NCBI GenBank assembly: GCA_002269645.1 | Contig: NIVC01001989.1 | Location: forward strand, 151,578-215,577 | Source: Macrostomum lignano | Taxonomy: Eukaryota | Length of the DNA stretch: 64,000 nucleotides | Reading direction: 5' to 3' | Part shown: positions 24,080-35,600 of the stretch, piece after piece | How the letters are laid out: every line of letters begins with the position of its first letter | Numbering within the stretch: position 1 is the stretch's first letter | Notes under the pieces: generated by a model | Databases searched by the model: none | What the model was told of the DNA's origin: nothing | Seen by the model: the letters and a program-made list of their open reading frames with translations, nothing else | Position numbers and translations under genes: made by a program

Positions 24080-24237
24080 TGTTGTGGGTTGATGGCTTTG
24101 CCATAGACATTTTTGTTACGCGACTGCGTTGATGAATTGAACCATGCTATTGAGTCATGAAATAAATGATAGACGCGTCAGAGGTCAACAGACCGCTAGA
24201 CTGACAATTGCCAAAGGCTAAAGCCAAAAGCACAACA
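24080..24237 (+). repeat. 3' LTR
   Basis: Preceded by the polypurine tract and followed by the TSD GTAGT. Confidence 0.97.
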
Positions 24238-24690
24238 GTAGTGACACAAGAGCGCAGATCATTTTGACGGTAGTGACACAAGAGCGCAGACCATTTCGAC
24301 GGTAGTGACACAAGAGCGCAGACCATTTCGACGGTAGTGACACAAGAGCGCAGACCATTTTGACGGTAGTGACACAAGAGCGCAGACCATTTCGACGGTA
24401 GTGACACAAGAGCGCAGACCATTTCGACGGTAGTGACACAAGAGCGCAGACCATTTCGACGGTAGTGACACAAGAGCGCAGACCATTTCGACGGTAGTGA
24501 CACAAGAGCACAGACCATTTCGACGGTAGTGACACAAGAGCGCAGACAATTTTGACGGTAGCTTAAACCGTGTCTATTTGTGTAAAGAAACTGACTACGT
24601 GCAGAATACAAGTGTACGGAAGCAGTGTCACAAGAGCGCAGACCATTTCGATGGAAGTGTCACAAAAGCGCAGACCATTTCGACGGTAGA
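24238..24690. repeat. Right part of the 32-bp tandem array (about 10 copies to 24560, degenerate copies to ~24690)
   Basis: Direct reading. Confidence 0.92.
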
Positions 24691-25859
24691 AAAAGAGAAA
24701 AAAATGCATTAACAGGCATGCGAAACGAGTCGTAAATATATTTTTGTACGAAATACAAAGACGAGTAATTAAAAGTAAAATAATAAAATAATTTGCAACT
24801 GCGAGTCCATACATGTAGTTACCTGGTGCCACGTAATGAAGGTCCAGATCAGAAGCTCCGCCTGGGTGAAGGCCAGTGACCAACGAAGTCAGAGCTGATG
24901 CAGACCCATGTGATCCACGTGCTGATGAAATTTGGAGGCTTGGCAAGGCTGCACTGAGGCGCAGTGCTGATTGGCACACAGGGATGTATTGAAGACACTA
25001 CAGAATAAAATTGACCTCCGGTTGAATCTTCGAATGTCTTGACGGTCCAGAGGGCTGGCAACTTGATTCTTGTTTGAGAAGGTGCGCACCAAAAAGTTAT
25101 AACCCGTATTCTTGCATTTCGAATGCCTGCGTTGCTCCGTTCGGGTGCAGAAAAAACAATTGTCAAAAAATGTCTCTAAGTTCGATGGGCGGAAAATGGC
25201 TTTGTATTTCTACTGTTTCAAGCCTCGTAAATCAATTCTTGCTTTAAAGAAGCTCTTTTAAAGTTTTAACCATTTAAAATCAATTCATTTGATTTAAATT
25301 TCGTAAATTGACAATTCAAACCTATCGGGCAGCTCTTTGTTAAAATTGGTTCGATTAAAAAAATTATAAGAATCAGTGGCATTTTTCTAGGAAAGTGAAC
25401 AAACTTTTCAGAATGAGTTAGCTCGTATATTATTATATTAAAGTAGGTTTTATGCATTATCCATTACATAGCAAAATACAGAATACAGGATAGCTACACG
25501 ATATGACTGAAATGTCCTGTATTGAAAAAGCTTGAAACTCGACAAAACGCTTTTTAGATATGAAACTCGGTCTAAGTCGAGTTGAAACTCGAAGAGTCGA
25601 GCACACACCGAAACCTATTCTAGAGAGATGGCTGTTCAATTTTAAGTATCATTCGTCACCGTCAATGCCATTTGCAGTTTTTTAAGCGATTTGAGTATTG
25701 AGCGGCAAAGTACATTATTGAGATCTGGCTTTGGGTCCATACGACGTGCCAATCACCAGGATTTCTGAAGTCCAGGTGCACCAATAGTAAGCAAACTGAG
25801 TAGTAATGAAAAAGAGCAATAAACTTCAGCAATTCACAGATCCTCTGATAACTGCGGAT

Positions 25860-26160
25860 GCGTTTTAATGCATTTCAAGACAAGAATCATTTATTGGCCC
25901 TCTGACCACTAGCTGAACCCCTCCGACTAAACCCCTTCGCCTTTCCACACAAAATCTCTGCCCCCATTTTTATTGCCCTCCTCGGTGTTGCAGCCTAAAG
26001 CTGGCATGTACATTCTCAGTTGCACTGACTGGCCTAATGTACATTATAGCTGCACCAATAGCCAGTTGTTTGCGTCTGCGAGTCACTCCAACTGCTGCCT
26101 GTCTTTTCATAGAATAGCTTACACATCCTTCCTTACTACTGAGCTGGAAGTAGAGAAACT
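25860..26160 (+). repeat. Unclassified ~300-bp interspersed repeat, copy 1
   Basis: Aligns by eye with 43048-43337, e.g. TTTATTGCCCTCCTCGGTGTTGC, GCTGGCATGTACATTCTCAGT, GCTGCACCAATAGCCAGTTGTTTGCGTCTGCGAGTCACTCCAACT, AGTAGAGAAACT. Confidence 0.8.
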
Positions 26161-26638
26161 GTTATGCCAATTACACGCCTGCCTAAGTGGTTCATCTACG
26201 GTTGCCCAGCCTGTTCAAACAGCGTGTGCTCTCTAGCGTTGCTAGAGTCATTAATAATATTAACGGTAGCTATATAGATAGTATGTGTTTTGGATAACCA
26301 ATCAAGAATAATGTTGTGTACTTAAGAGGCATAGAGGCGAGTTCGAGCGAAAGATCAAAAGTCCGTCTACTCGTAGACAGCTTCATTAGGATAGATGAGG
26401 AGCTTCAATTTGGCTAATTATTAATCTAATTATTAATGTTCCTTTACGTAATACTGTTAAAACTAATGACGCATCGGATGCACAATATTGACACAGCGAC
26501 AACCTAAGGAAGCTATATTAAATTTAGCGTTTCAGTAGATTTTTGTGGGTGCTTGCAATTATCTGACCGACATATTTTCAGAATTAGAAGCACACCCAGC
26601 ATGCTCCGTGGCTTTATATTGTAAAATCGAAATCCAAT

Positions 26639-26644
26639 TTTATT
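26639..26644 (-). terminator. Polyadenylation signal AATAAA of the lectin-Ig receptor gene
   Basis: TTTATT on + about 20 nt beyond the stop codon at 26663. Confidence 0.55.
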
Positions 26645-26662
26645 CAGTACCTAATTGCTCGC

Positions 26663-29600
26663 CTACTCATCATACTCATTCACAAGTACACTAGTGGAGC
26701 CTGCAGGAGTCGATACATTCGCCAGCAGGTCGTACTCATCCTCAACTACTCCAAAGTAAGTTGTAGGAGTCGATGCACTCGCCAGCAGGTCGTACTCATC
26801 CTCAACTACTCCAACGTGAGTTGCAGGAGTCGATACATTCGCCAGCAGGTCGTACTCATCCTCAACTACTCCAATGTGAGTTGTAGGAGTCGATGCACTC
26901 GCCAGCAGGTCGTACTCATCCTTAACTACTCCAATGTGAGTTGCAGGAGTCGATGCACTCGCCAGCAGGTCGTACTCATCCTCAACTACTCCAACGTGAG
27001 TTGCAGGAGTCGATGCACTCGCCAGCAGGTCGTACTCATCCTCAACTACTCCAAAGTAAGTTGCAGGAGTCGATGCACTCGCCAGCAGGTCGTACTCATC
27101 CTCAACTACTCCAACGTGAGTTGCAGGAGTCGATGCACTCGCCAGCACGTCGTACTCATTCTCAACTACTCCGGAGTGTGGCTTGACAATTGGAGGAGTA
27201 CCACTCCCGCGGTGGCATGAATGCCCGTCAACAACCGCTCTCGGGGATTTCTGGGACAGTTTGGACAGAGCAATGAATTCGCTGTTACATATGCCATCCG
27301 CATCAGCTTTGACAGGTAGCTCTTTCGCTGCATTGCGACGACAGCAGAGCAATCTAAACGAGACGCAGAGACCAGAAAAAACCAACAAGCTGCCCAGAAT
27401 GAAGCTCGTTAGAAACTGCGGCAAGCCAAAACCTCCCGGATTGTCGTCTTCTGCAATGGTTTCGGCATTCAAATACATGCCTAATGTGTTAAATAAAAGT
27501 GGTCACCCAGTCAGTCAGTGGTCACCCATGTAGATGACCTGTTTGTACAATATTCTTCGTACAAGCTTAGAGACTAAATGTATAGGCTCGTTCAGACCAT
27601 TTTCAAATGAGACCAGTTTTGGAATGATCATGCGGCTTATACATATTTTTCGTGGCTATGCAAACCAGGAGTGACAATGTTCGTTTGATTCATCATGATT
27701 CACGAAGACCATTCTCACCTTGCGATGGCCTGCCAAGTGTCGAACTGACAGTGTCCAGGATGAGCCCTGACTGATTCACCAGACAATGGACGGACGCCGA
27801 ATCAGCCCACTCCTTCGGAACAATCAGCGAAAACGTGCTGCTTGTGTTACTCGACTGAAAGTGGTGCAGTTTTATATTTCTTATTAGTATGAATGCAAAG
27901 ATAGCTATTTGAATTTTTAGCAAACGAGCCATCCTATACTTGAAGTAGATTATCCTGCAATTGTTCTTTTCGACAAAGAGAATTTCCAACTACTTAAGCT
28001 ATAGAATGGATCCCGAAGCCGACTAAAACAACTAGAATGGGACCTAGATGAGATGTCTTGGCGTTTCTAGTCGATTGTTCTGATAAGTTATCAATTGCAG
28101 CTTTGCTTCTATAGCTTAATTTGACATCCTCTTTGTAGTGATCCGCTAGTTTGGTGTTAGGCGTCGCACTATTGTCAGCGGCTTCCCTCGCCCTCGCCCT
28201 CGCCCTAAGTCGCTGTCTGCCGCTGGTCAGCCTCCCTCCCTTTTTTCTGCCTGTTCTCTGTCGCCCCCCATCTCTTCTCTGGGCTCTTGCTTGCAGCCAC
28301 GAGCTTCTCTGCTGTGGCCTGCTCTGCGTTTCGTTCCTGTCCTGAGATCAAGCTGGCGGCCTGTTTCCCTTGTCAGGTGAGCAAGTCACTTGACAAGTCT
28401 TGTTTTCTCGAAGTCCTAAAGTGCAGTAGACATGTTTACTGTACTTGTTGGCCCATGTTTACAGGAGGAATCACGTGCTTCAGGGCCCTTGCCTTCTCTA
28501 AGGTAATAGGTGACTCATGTTTCTAAAAATAGATAATGAGTCATGCGGCCCTGTGCACTTTACCCGCAGACCCTGCCTTCTCTAAGGCACGAGGTCCGGC
28601 GCACACTGGCGCAGCGGGGATTCCCCTATAAATACGTGCCCCTCACCCTTGGTTCAGTCAAGGAGTTCTTCTTTAGTCTAGTTTTCCAGACTTCGTTCAG
28701 TTGCCCATTTAAGCTATCTGTAATTGGCCTGACTAAACTTAGACGCCGAAGCCTAAGGGAGGCTAACACTGCCTTCTCAGCCACCCGCTGAGCCCGGCGA
28801 GATCTGCTGAACAGGACAGGACGCCTTGTTCATTAATCTTCAGATCTGCACGCTGTGCTGAGTTCCTTGACTTGTTTATTTCGTTCCGACGGGAAGCTCA
28901 CCTCACCGAAGGCCGAGACATGAAGGAACTGGTGGCAGCACTACCGACGCTACTAAGAGCTAATAAGAAAGCTTCCGAGAGAAGAGGCTCGAGACTTAAG
29001 GTAAAGCTTAAGTGACTAAATCGGGAAGCAAAAAGCGATCTACTTCGTTGGTGGCAGCGGTGGGATTCAAAGACCTACCATGCCACCTTGAGACAACCCT
29101 AAGTACTTCATCTTTTATCAATAGTGCACTTTCAGACTTGAGGAAGGGTAGCTGTGGTGCACTGTCGGACCTGAGGAAGGGTAGCTGTGGTGCACTGTCG
29201 GACCTGAGGGAGGGTAGCTGTGGTGCGCTGTCGGATCTGAGGAAGGGTAGCTGTGGTGCACTGTCGGACCTGAGGGAGGGTAGCTGTGGTGCGCTGTCGG
29301 ATCTGAGGAAGGGTAGCTGTGGTGCACTGTCGGACCTGAGGGAGGGTAGCTGTGGTGCGCTGTCGGATCTGAGGAAGGGTAGCTGTGGTGCACTGTCGGA
29401 CCTGAGGGAGGGTAGATGTGGTGCACTGTCGGATCTGAGGAAGGGTAGCTGTGGTGCACTGTCGGACCTGAGGGAGGGTAGCTGTGGTGCACTGTCGGAC
29501 CTGAGGGAGGGTAGATGTGGTGCACTGTCGGACCTGAGGGAGGGTAGATGTGGTGCACTGTCGGACCTGAGGGAGAGTGGCGCACACCTCAAAAGACAAA

Positions 29601-32600
29601 TTAGTCGCTTACAGACACAGATGTCAGACGACTCCGCCCATGCCTATGCTTTAGGTGGCAGGTGTGGGTTGTAGCCAAACAACTTCTGCTCCGAAGAGTT
29701 GGAATCGTGCTCACAGTGAATGTGAATGTGAAGCCAGGCCGCCAATCAGTTTCTGGCGGCTGATTGAACAGCGTTTTGCACGAATCTGCGGGAGATTGTG
29801 GAGACGGTACTTGCACTATCTAGTGGCTATATCTGGACTTGAACCTGTGTCCTTCGGTGCAAGAGAGCAATGTAGGGGACTCGCCCTCTGTAAAACACTG
29901 AACGGTACAAAAAGGCTGAGTGCTATGCAGTTTCACAGTGAGCGCGCACAAATCAACTTCGGTATGCTCTCGGTTATTTGCGACTCCTCCGAAGTTCTCT
30001 CCAGAGAGTAGGCGCACGAAATGCTCCCGCCGACCATCGACTCGTTGACTCGTAGGCTGAACGTGCTGCTGCGAAATTCCAGTCCGTCACCCACGTCAGT
30101 CAACTGCGGGATTCAGTGAATTGAATGTATTGAAGTGCACTTAAGTGTGGTTCATTGTCTTGGGTTGCAATTGGAGTCGACTGGAATGCATTGGAGTGTG
30201 TTGCAGTGCAGCCCAAACTACCTCTTCTGCACCCCAACGAACCACAAAGAGCTGAGGATAAAGTCCCATCCCACTCAACATAAAAATCCCCGACTCGAAC
30301 ATTGTCATGCTTGGTCTCCAAGATCAGCTTCGCCGAGCCAGCTCGATCAATCAGCAGGCAGTGGTGCAGCGGCCTTGGAAACGCCGGCTCGGTGCTGAAG
30401 GTCACCAGCGCTTCGGTCCCCACGACCCACACGGATCCGCCCATGTCCAGATGAACAGCTTTCGGCTTTGCTGCGGAGTATTTTGAGTAAAAATTATTTA
30501 CTTTTTACTTATGCTTCTGCTGCCTAAAATGACTCTTGAGACGCATAAATGATCATGAGCAAACAAATCGCTCAAAAAGAAGAATTCTGTACTCGCAAAT
30601 CGTGTAATTTTTACTGCAGAATACATTAGCTAGATAGGGCTTCGGAGTTTCCTTGACCCAAATGTCAAGCTTCAGAGAAACTATATTTGTTAATTTCATA
30701 CAGTACTAGAACAGACAGGGTCCACGAGATTTGCCCATAGAAGATTTGCCCGCAATGCTTTTTTCCTGCAGCGCATTTTTCCACGTGGCAGATTTTGTCT
30801 GCACTGCCTCCCCAATGCTTAGTAAGTCTTATTAAAGATATTTGGGGAACAAAGCGACATGGAATATGCATGAATTAATAGATGCATGTATATATAGAAC
30901 TGAGTACCTACAAGAAAAATATAAACTTGATATGCAGTTACTATCAATGGGTTTTGATCGGATAAATGTCTTTATTAAGACTTAATAAGCATTAGGGGGC
31001 ATGCAAAATATAGCTGTCACGTGACTAAATGCGCCGCAAGAAAAAAAGCATTTCGGGCAAATCTCGGCAGGAAAAAAACTCGGCGGGCAATTCACTCGCG
31101 GGCAAATTCCACTGCGGACAAAGCTCGGCGGGCAATTCGTCTGCGAGCAATTCTCGTGCTCCCGAACAGAATACTCAGAAATTCACCTGAAACTCGTTGT
31201 TCTAGAACTGGTTGTTAAATAATGAAGCAGTGAAGCACAGCTACCCTCCCTCACGTCCGACATTGCACCACTCCCACAGCTACAATCCCTCAGGTCCGAC
31301 AGTGCACCACAGCTACCCTTCCTCAGGTCCGACAGTGCACCACAGCTACCCTTCCTCAGGTCCGACAGTGCACCACAGCTACCCTTCCTCAGGTCGACAG
31401 CGCACTACAGCTACCCTCCCTCAGGTCGACAGCGCACTACAGCTACCCTACTTAACGTAGGAAAATTAACGATTTGAAAGTGCAGCGAACTTCTTGTTTG
31501 CTTGATTTTCTATTGTAGAAGCACGAATGCATGTACAGAAGAACCGGGCTGCCTACAGATGAACCCGATCGTCCTATTGAATCGGCCACTGGCTCCGCTG
31601 GCGCACCGGAAGCTGCAGTCCAATTGACTGTTGCGAAATCGGCCGTTGATCGTCAGCAGGTAGGCCGCCGCACTGCCTGCGGCTTCCTAAAAATATTGTA
31701 AAAGTCATTCACGTGTACCACTGAAAACTGCTTTTTTAGAAAGCCAGTTCCTCTTTCTCGTTCTGTTTACTGTTTTATAGCTTTTTTCTTTTGGTGCCAT
31801 CCTAAGGGAGCGCTCCTCCTTTCTGGAGACCTCCCTTTGTGCGCCAGTCACGTGGTGGCCCTACTCCCTCTACATGCATCACGTACCAGTTACGCTCGTA
31901 GGTTGGTGCTGCTTGATAACCTCCTGCAAACAGCTTTCGACAAGCAAACATCCTGCAAGCAAACATCCTGCAAGCAAACTTCCAGCAAACAAGCATCCTG
32001 CAAAAAAGCATCCTGAAAACAAACGTCCTGCAAACAAACATTCTGCAAAAACATCCTGCAAACAAACATCCTGCAAGCAAACATCCTGCAAGCAAACATC
32101 CTGCAAGCAAACATCCTGCAAGCAAACATTCTGCAAACAAACATCCTGCAAGCAAACATCCTGCAAGCAAACATCCTGCAAGCAAACATTCTGCAAGCAA
32201 ACATCCTGCAAACAAACATCCTGCAAGCAAACATCCTGCAAGCAAACATCCTGCAAGCAAACATCCTGCAAACAAACATCCTGCAAGCAAACATCCTGCA
32301 AACAAACATCCTGCAAACAAACATCCTGCAAACAAACATCCTGCAAGCAAACATCCTGCAAACAAACATCCTGCAAACAAGCATCCTGCAAGCAAACATC
32401 CTGCAAGCAAACTTCCAGCAAACAAACACCCTGCAAGCAAACATCCTGAAAACAAACATCCTGCAAACAAACATCCAGCAAGCAAACATCCTGCAAGCAA
32501 ACTTCCAGCAAACAAACACCCTGCAAGCAAACATCCTGAAAACAAACATCCTGCAAACAAGCATCCTGCAAGCAAACATCCTGTAAGCAAACTTCCAGCA

Positions 32601-35600
32601 AACAAACATCCTGCAAGCAAACTTTCAGCAAACAAACATCCTGCAAACAAGCATCCTGCAAGCAAACATCCTGCAAGCAAACATCCTGCAAACAAACATC
32701 CTGCAAACAAGCATCCTGCAAACAAACATCCTGCAAGCAAACATCCTGCAAACAAACATCCTGCAAGCAAACATCCTGCAAACAAACATCCTGCAAACAA
32801 ACATCCTGCAAGCAAACATCCTGCAAACAAGCATCCTGCAAGCAAACATCCTGCAAACAAACATCCTGCAAGCAAACATCCTGCAAGCAAACATCCTGCA
32901 AGCAAACATCCTGCAAGCAAACTTCCAGCAAGCAAACATCCTGCAAGCAAACATCCTGCAAGCAAACATCCTGCAAGCAAACTTCCAGCAAGCAAACATA
33001 CTGCAAGCAAACATCCTGCAAGCAAACATCCTGCAAACAAACATCCTGCAAGCAAACTTCCTGCAAGTAAACATCCTGCAAGCAAACATCCTGCAAGCAA
33101 ACTTCCAGCAAGCAAACATACTGCAAGCAAACATCCTGCAAGCAAACATCCTGCAAACAAACATCCTGCAAGCAAACTTCCAGCAAGCAAACATCCTGCA
33201 AACAAACATCCTGCAAGCAAACTTCCTGCAAGCAAACATCCTGCAAGCAAACATCCTGCAAGCAAACTTCCAGCAAGCAAACATACTGCAAGCAAACATC
33301 CTGCAAGCAAACATCCTGCAAGCAAACATCCTGCAAACAAACATCCTGCAAGCAAACTTCCTGCAAGCAAACATCCTGCAAACAAACATCCTGCAAGCAA
33401 ACATCCTGCAAGCAAACATCCTGCAAGCAAACATCCTGCAAGCAAACTTCCAGCAAGCAAACATACTGCAAGCAAACATCCTGCAAGCAAACATCCTGCA
33501 AACAAACATCCTGCAAGCAAACTTCCAGCAAGCAAACATCCTGCAAACAAACATCTGGCTCTCATAAGAAACTAATAAATGTTTCGCCCCTTTTGCTGGC
33601 AAGTATGCCACGAATTGTGAGCTTGTCCTTACTAACAAGAATATCTTAAACCGTTATTAATTTACTGCAACTCACAAACTTGAAATTGCCCACGAGTGGT
33701 TGGAGGCTGCACAGCGGAGTCTTCAGAGTCTGGCAGGGCAGGCAGGCCACCAGCATGGTGCCAGGCCGAAGGCGGTCCAGGCCGACCGCTGAACAGACCG
33801 ACTGGCTGCTGCGGCTGACCAGCTGAACAGCTGCATCATCTGAGAGAGAGAGAGCGCGCACACAGCGCAGTTGATTAGCGGACTCATCATCATATTCTTT
33901 TGAATTCTTTACTCGCCCATTACTTAATATGTTTTCAATTATCACTTCGGTCCCCTGGCCATTCCACTCTCTCACTCGGTGCCATTCCCTCTTCTCTCAC
34001 TCGGTGCCATTCCCTCTTCTCTCACTCGGTGCCATTCCCTCTTCTCTCACTCGGTGCCATTCCCTCTTCTCTCACTCGGTGCCATTCCCTCTTCTCTCAC
34101 TCGGTGCCATTCCCTCTGGTGGATACAAGGGAAAGTTGCCACGCGATGACATGACCTCTTTGCAATCACTGGTAACTGGCTTACCAAAATTGATTTTTAA
34201 TCCAGCGAACTCCAGCCGCTTATCAGTTTCATTCTGCACAAATCTTCTCAGAAGAATAAAGCGAGTCGGCTGCAAATATTGATTTAAATTAAGGTTACGC
34301 ATTTAGATTGATAGTTCTGAAGTTAACGGGATGGGACCTGTGGAATGGGATCGGGATGGGACCTGTGGAATGGGATCGGGATGGGACCTGTGGAATGGGA
34401 CCGGGATGGGACCTGTGGAATGGGACCGGGATTGAACCTGTGGAATGGGACCTGGAGATGGAACCCTGTGGAATGGGACCTGGAGATGGAACCCTGTGGA
34501 ATGGGACCTGGAGATGGAACCCTGTGGAATGGGACCGGGATGGGACCTGTGGAATGGGACCGGGATGGGACCTGTGGAATGGGACCTGGAGATGGAACCC
34601 TGTGGAATGGGACCTGGAGATGGAACCCTGTGGAATGGGACCTGGAGATGGAACCCTGTGGAATGGGATCGGGATGGGACCTGTGGAATGGGATCGGGAT
34701 GGGACGGGGATGGACCGGGAGGGGACCTGTGGAATGGGACCTGGAGATGGAACCCTGTGGAATGGGACCTGGAGATGGAACCCTGTGGAATGGGACCTGG
34801 AGATGGAACCCTGTGGAATGGGACCTGGAGATGGAACCCTGTGGAATGGGATCGGGATGGGACCTGTGGAATGGGACCGGGATGGGACCTGTGGAATGGG
34901 ACCGGGATGGGACCTGTGGAATGCGACCGGGATGGGACCTGTGGAATGGGACCTGGAGATGGAACCCTGTGGAATGGGACCTGGAGATGGAACCCTGTGG
35001 AATGGGATCGGGATGGGACCTGTGGAATGGGATCGGGATGGGACCTGTGGAATGGGATCGGGATGGGACCTGTGGAATGGGATCGGGATGGGACCTGTGG
35101 AATGGGATCGGGATGGGACCTGTGGAATGGGACCTGTGGAATGGGACCGGGATGGGACCTGTGGAATGGGACCTGGAGATGGAACCCTGTGGAATGGGAC
35201 CTGGAGATGGAACCCTGTGGAATGGGACCTGGAGATGGAACCCTGTGGAATGGGATCGGGATGGGACCTGTGGAATGGGATCGGGATGGGACGGGGATGG
35301 ACCGGGAGGGGACCTGTGGAATGGGACCTGGAGATGGAACCCTGTGGAATGGGACCTGGAGATGGAACCCTGTGGAATGGGACCTGGAGATGGAACCCTG
35401 TGGAATGGGACCTGGAGATGGAACCCTGTGGAATGGGACCTGGAGATGGAACCCTGTGGAATGGGACCTGGAGATGGAACCCTGTGGAATGGGATCGGGA
35501 TGGGACCTGTGGAATGGGACCGGGATGGGACCTGTGGAATGGGACCGGGATGGGACCTGTGGAATGGGACCGGGATGGGACCTGTGGAATGGGACCTGGA

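Larger units (their letters stand above)
20300..24237 (+). mobile_element. Ty3/Gypsy (Metaviridae) LTR retrotransposon, probably Mag-like, 3938 bp, with internal deletions
   Basis: LTRs at 20300-20457 and 24080-24237 (158 bp, TGTTGTG...CACAACA, one mismatch). 5-bp TSD GTAGT at 20295-20299 and 24238-24242. PBS-like TGGCGTCGG at 20459 (tRNA not identified). PPT AGAAGAGGGAGGG at 24067-24079. Domain order is gag-PR-RT-RH-IN. Confidence 0.97.

Noticed and set aside
24238-24560. CRISPR-like appearance of the 29-33-bp repeats here and elsewhere
   Set aside because: Units are head-to-tail with no unique spacers, there are no cas genes, and the context is eukaryotic.
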